A stretch of 55,424 nt of DNA from Clostridia bacterium (GTDB taxonomy: Bacteria > Bacillota > Clostridia > TANB77 > UBA1234), in NCBI GenBank assembly GCA_016291695.1, contig JAEEYG010000092.1, forward strand, positions 1-55,424. The letters are read 5' to 3'. This document shows positions 54,650 to 55,424 of the stretch, piece by piece (the first letter of the stretch is position 1; every line of letters starts with the position of its first letter). A program made the position numbers and the translations under genes. The notes under the pieces were generated by a model. That model saw only the letters and a list, made by a program, of their open reading frames with translations. It was not told the origin of the DNA and made no database searches.

Positions 54650-54664
54650 TTTTGCGCAATATTA
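54650..54664. repeat. Right copy of the perfect 15-bp inverted repeat
   Basis: The sequence is ttttgcgcaatatta, the reverse complement of 53199-53213. Confidence 0.85.
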
Positions 54665-54685
54665 TTTCTCTCTTTATATAGATGT

Positions 54686-54716
54686 TTAAAACACCCCTAT
54701 CGAATAAATAGGTGTA
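54686..54716 (-). terminator. Terminator of the kinase gene
   Basis: The minus strand reads acacctat-ttattcg-ataggggtgtttt. Confidence 0.6.
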
Positions 54717-54733
54717 AAATTAGAAGTATTATT

Positions 54734-55424
54734 CTAATCATTTATACTAGTAATATAATCTTCTAAATATAATTTATATTTTAATATTTCGTATATAGTT
54801 CTAATTATCTCCGACTCTCCTAAATGTTGTTCTTCATCATCTGTACATTCAATTCTACAAGCTCTTTTTAAGTTATATTCTAGCCATCCGAATTTATTCT
54901 TGAAGTTTACATAGTATGCTTCTTTAATACCATGTAAGCTATTTCCGTCTCTATAAGTATCAATAAACAGCTTAAACCTGTCTAGTTTAAAGTGATTTTG
55001 CCCACCACTCCAATTCCATGCTGTGTCAATAAGCTCAACTAATGGATTTGTCAAGCCAGCAGACTCCCAGTCAATTATTACAGGATTATTCTCTTCATCC
55101 CATAATACATTTTTTAAATCTAGATCTCTGTGGCTAATAGTCAAATTACTAGTAGCAAAATCATAATACTTTTCAGAAGTTTTATATAACAACGATAATT
55201 CTTCTTTTTTATTAATAAGTAGTTGCCTTACTTTATCATTCTCAATGTTAGAAATGTAATAATCAATATCAAAACTATTACAGCTATCTTTTTGACTATA
55301 CTCTTTCATTAATTCTCCATAATTAATATTATGTAAATTAGCAAGTGCCATTGCCATTTTTTCAATATGATAGTCTTCTACTTCTTCATCTTCTAATGCC
55401 TTGCCATTAAACCAGTCATAAATC
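54734..55424 (-). CDS. Aminoglycoside/choline-kinase-family phosphotransferase (APH fold), N-terminus beyond the window end
   Basis: The catalytic loop is HRDLDLKNVLW and the metal-binding motif is IIDWESAG. The reading frame stays open upstream of the track's ATG (55357) to the window edge (...IYDWFNGKALEDEEVEDYHIEK). Confidence 0.75.
   Translation of the reverse strand, partial: IYDWFNGKALEDEEVEDYHIEKMAMALANLHNINYGELMKEYSQKDSCNSFDIDYYISNIENDKVRQLLINKKEELSLLYKTSEKYYDFATSNLTISHRDLDLKNVLWDEENNPVIIDWESAGLTNPLVELIDTAWNWSGGQNHFKLDRFKLFIDTYRDGNSLHGIKEAYYVNFKNKFGWLEYNLKRACRIECTDDEEQHLGESEIIRTIYEILKYKLYLEDYITSIND

Overview
This is a 55.4-kb chromosomal window from a very AT-rich (about 30% G+C by eye) Firmicutes/Clostridia-like genome. 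It is mostly + strand housekeeping genes: yggS, pyrG, a P-type ATPase, tcdA, mreB, murC, spoVG, uvrC, mscL, dnaG-rpoD, comEC, a Clp-type ATPase, an FtsH-like AAA protein, scpB, rpmF, a DUF512 radical-SAM protein, pta, ackA, an RluA-family synthase, an Fe-alcohol dehydrogenase, der and a Xer-type recombinase. I found no rRNA, tRNA, CRISPR array, complete IS or prophage.

Four things stand out.

1. Two large multidomain enzymes are each translationally coupled to a member of one small-protein family. One is an adenosine-deaminase-like/SLOG-like fusion at the window start. The other is a GHKL-ATPase/HExxH-zincin fusion that, with its small partner, splits pta from ackA. A third, orphan paralog lies at about 3.1 kb. 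This is my best candidate for an undescribed modular (possibly conflict or defence) system.

2. Seven single-gene cassettes of visibly higher G+C (mid-40s % by eye) sit in intergenic gaps between core genes. Each has its own promoter, GGAGG ribosome-binding site (RBS) and terminator. One encodes a VanY-like peptidase preceded by a leader micro-ORF.

3. A 1.47-kb segment (53199-54664) is bounded by a perfect 15-bp inverted repeat. It contains a 213-bp long-palindrome element, an 18-bp perfect palindrome, and two copies of a roughly 160-bp upstream module driving two unrelated small genes.

4. There are apparent single-base frameshifts in comEC and scpB, and a two-base (two extra C) frame change in the Gly-rich tail of a TPM-domain gene. 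Each is explicable by an extra C before GG.

All calls rest on reading motifs by eye. Hairpin and promoter coordinates are approximate to a few nt, and no database search or computation was possible.
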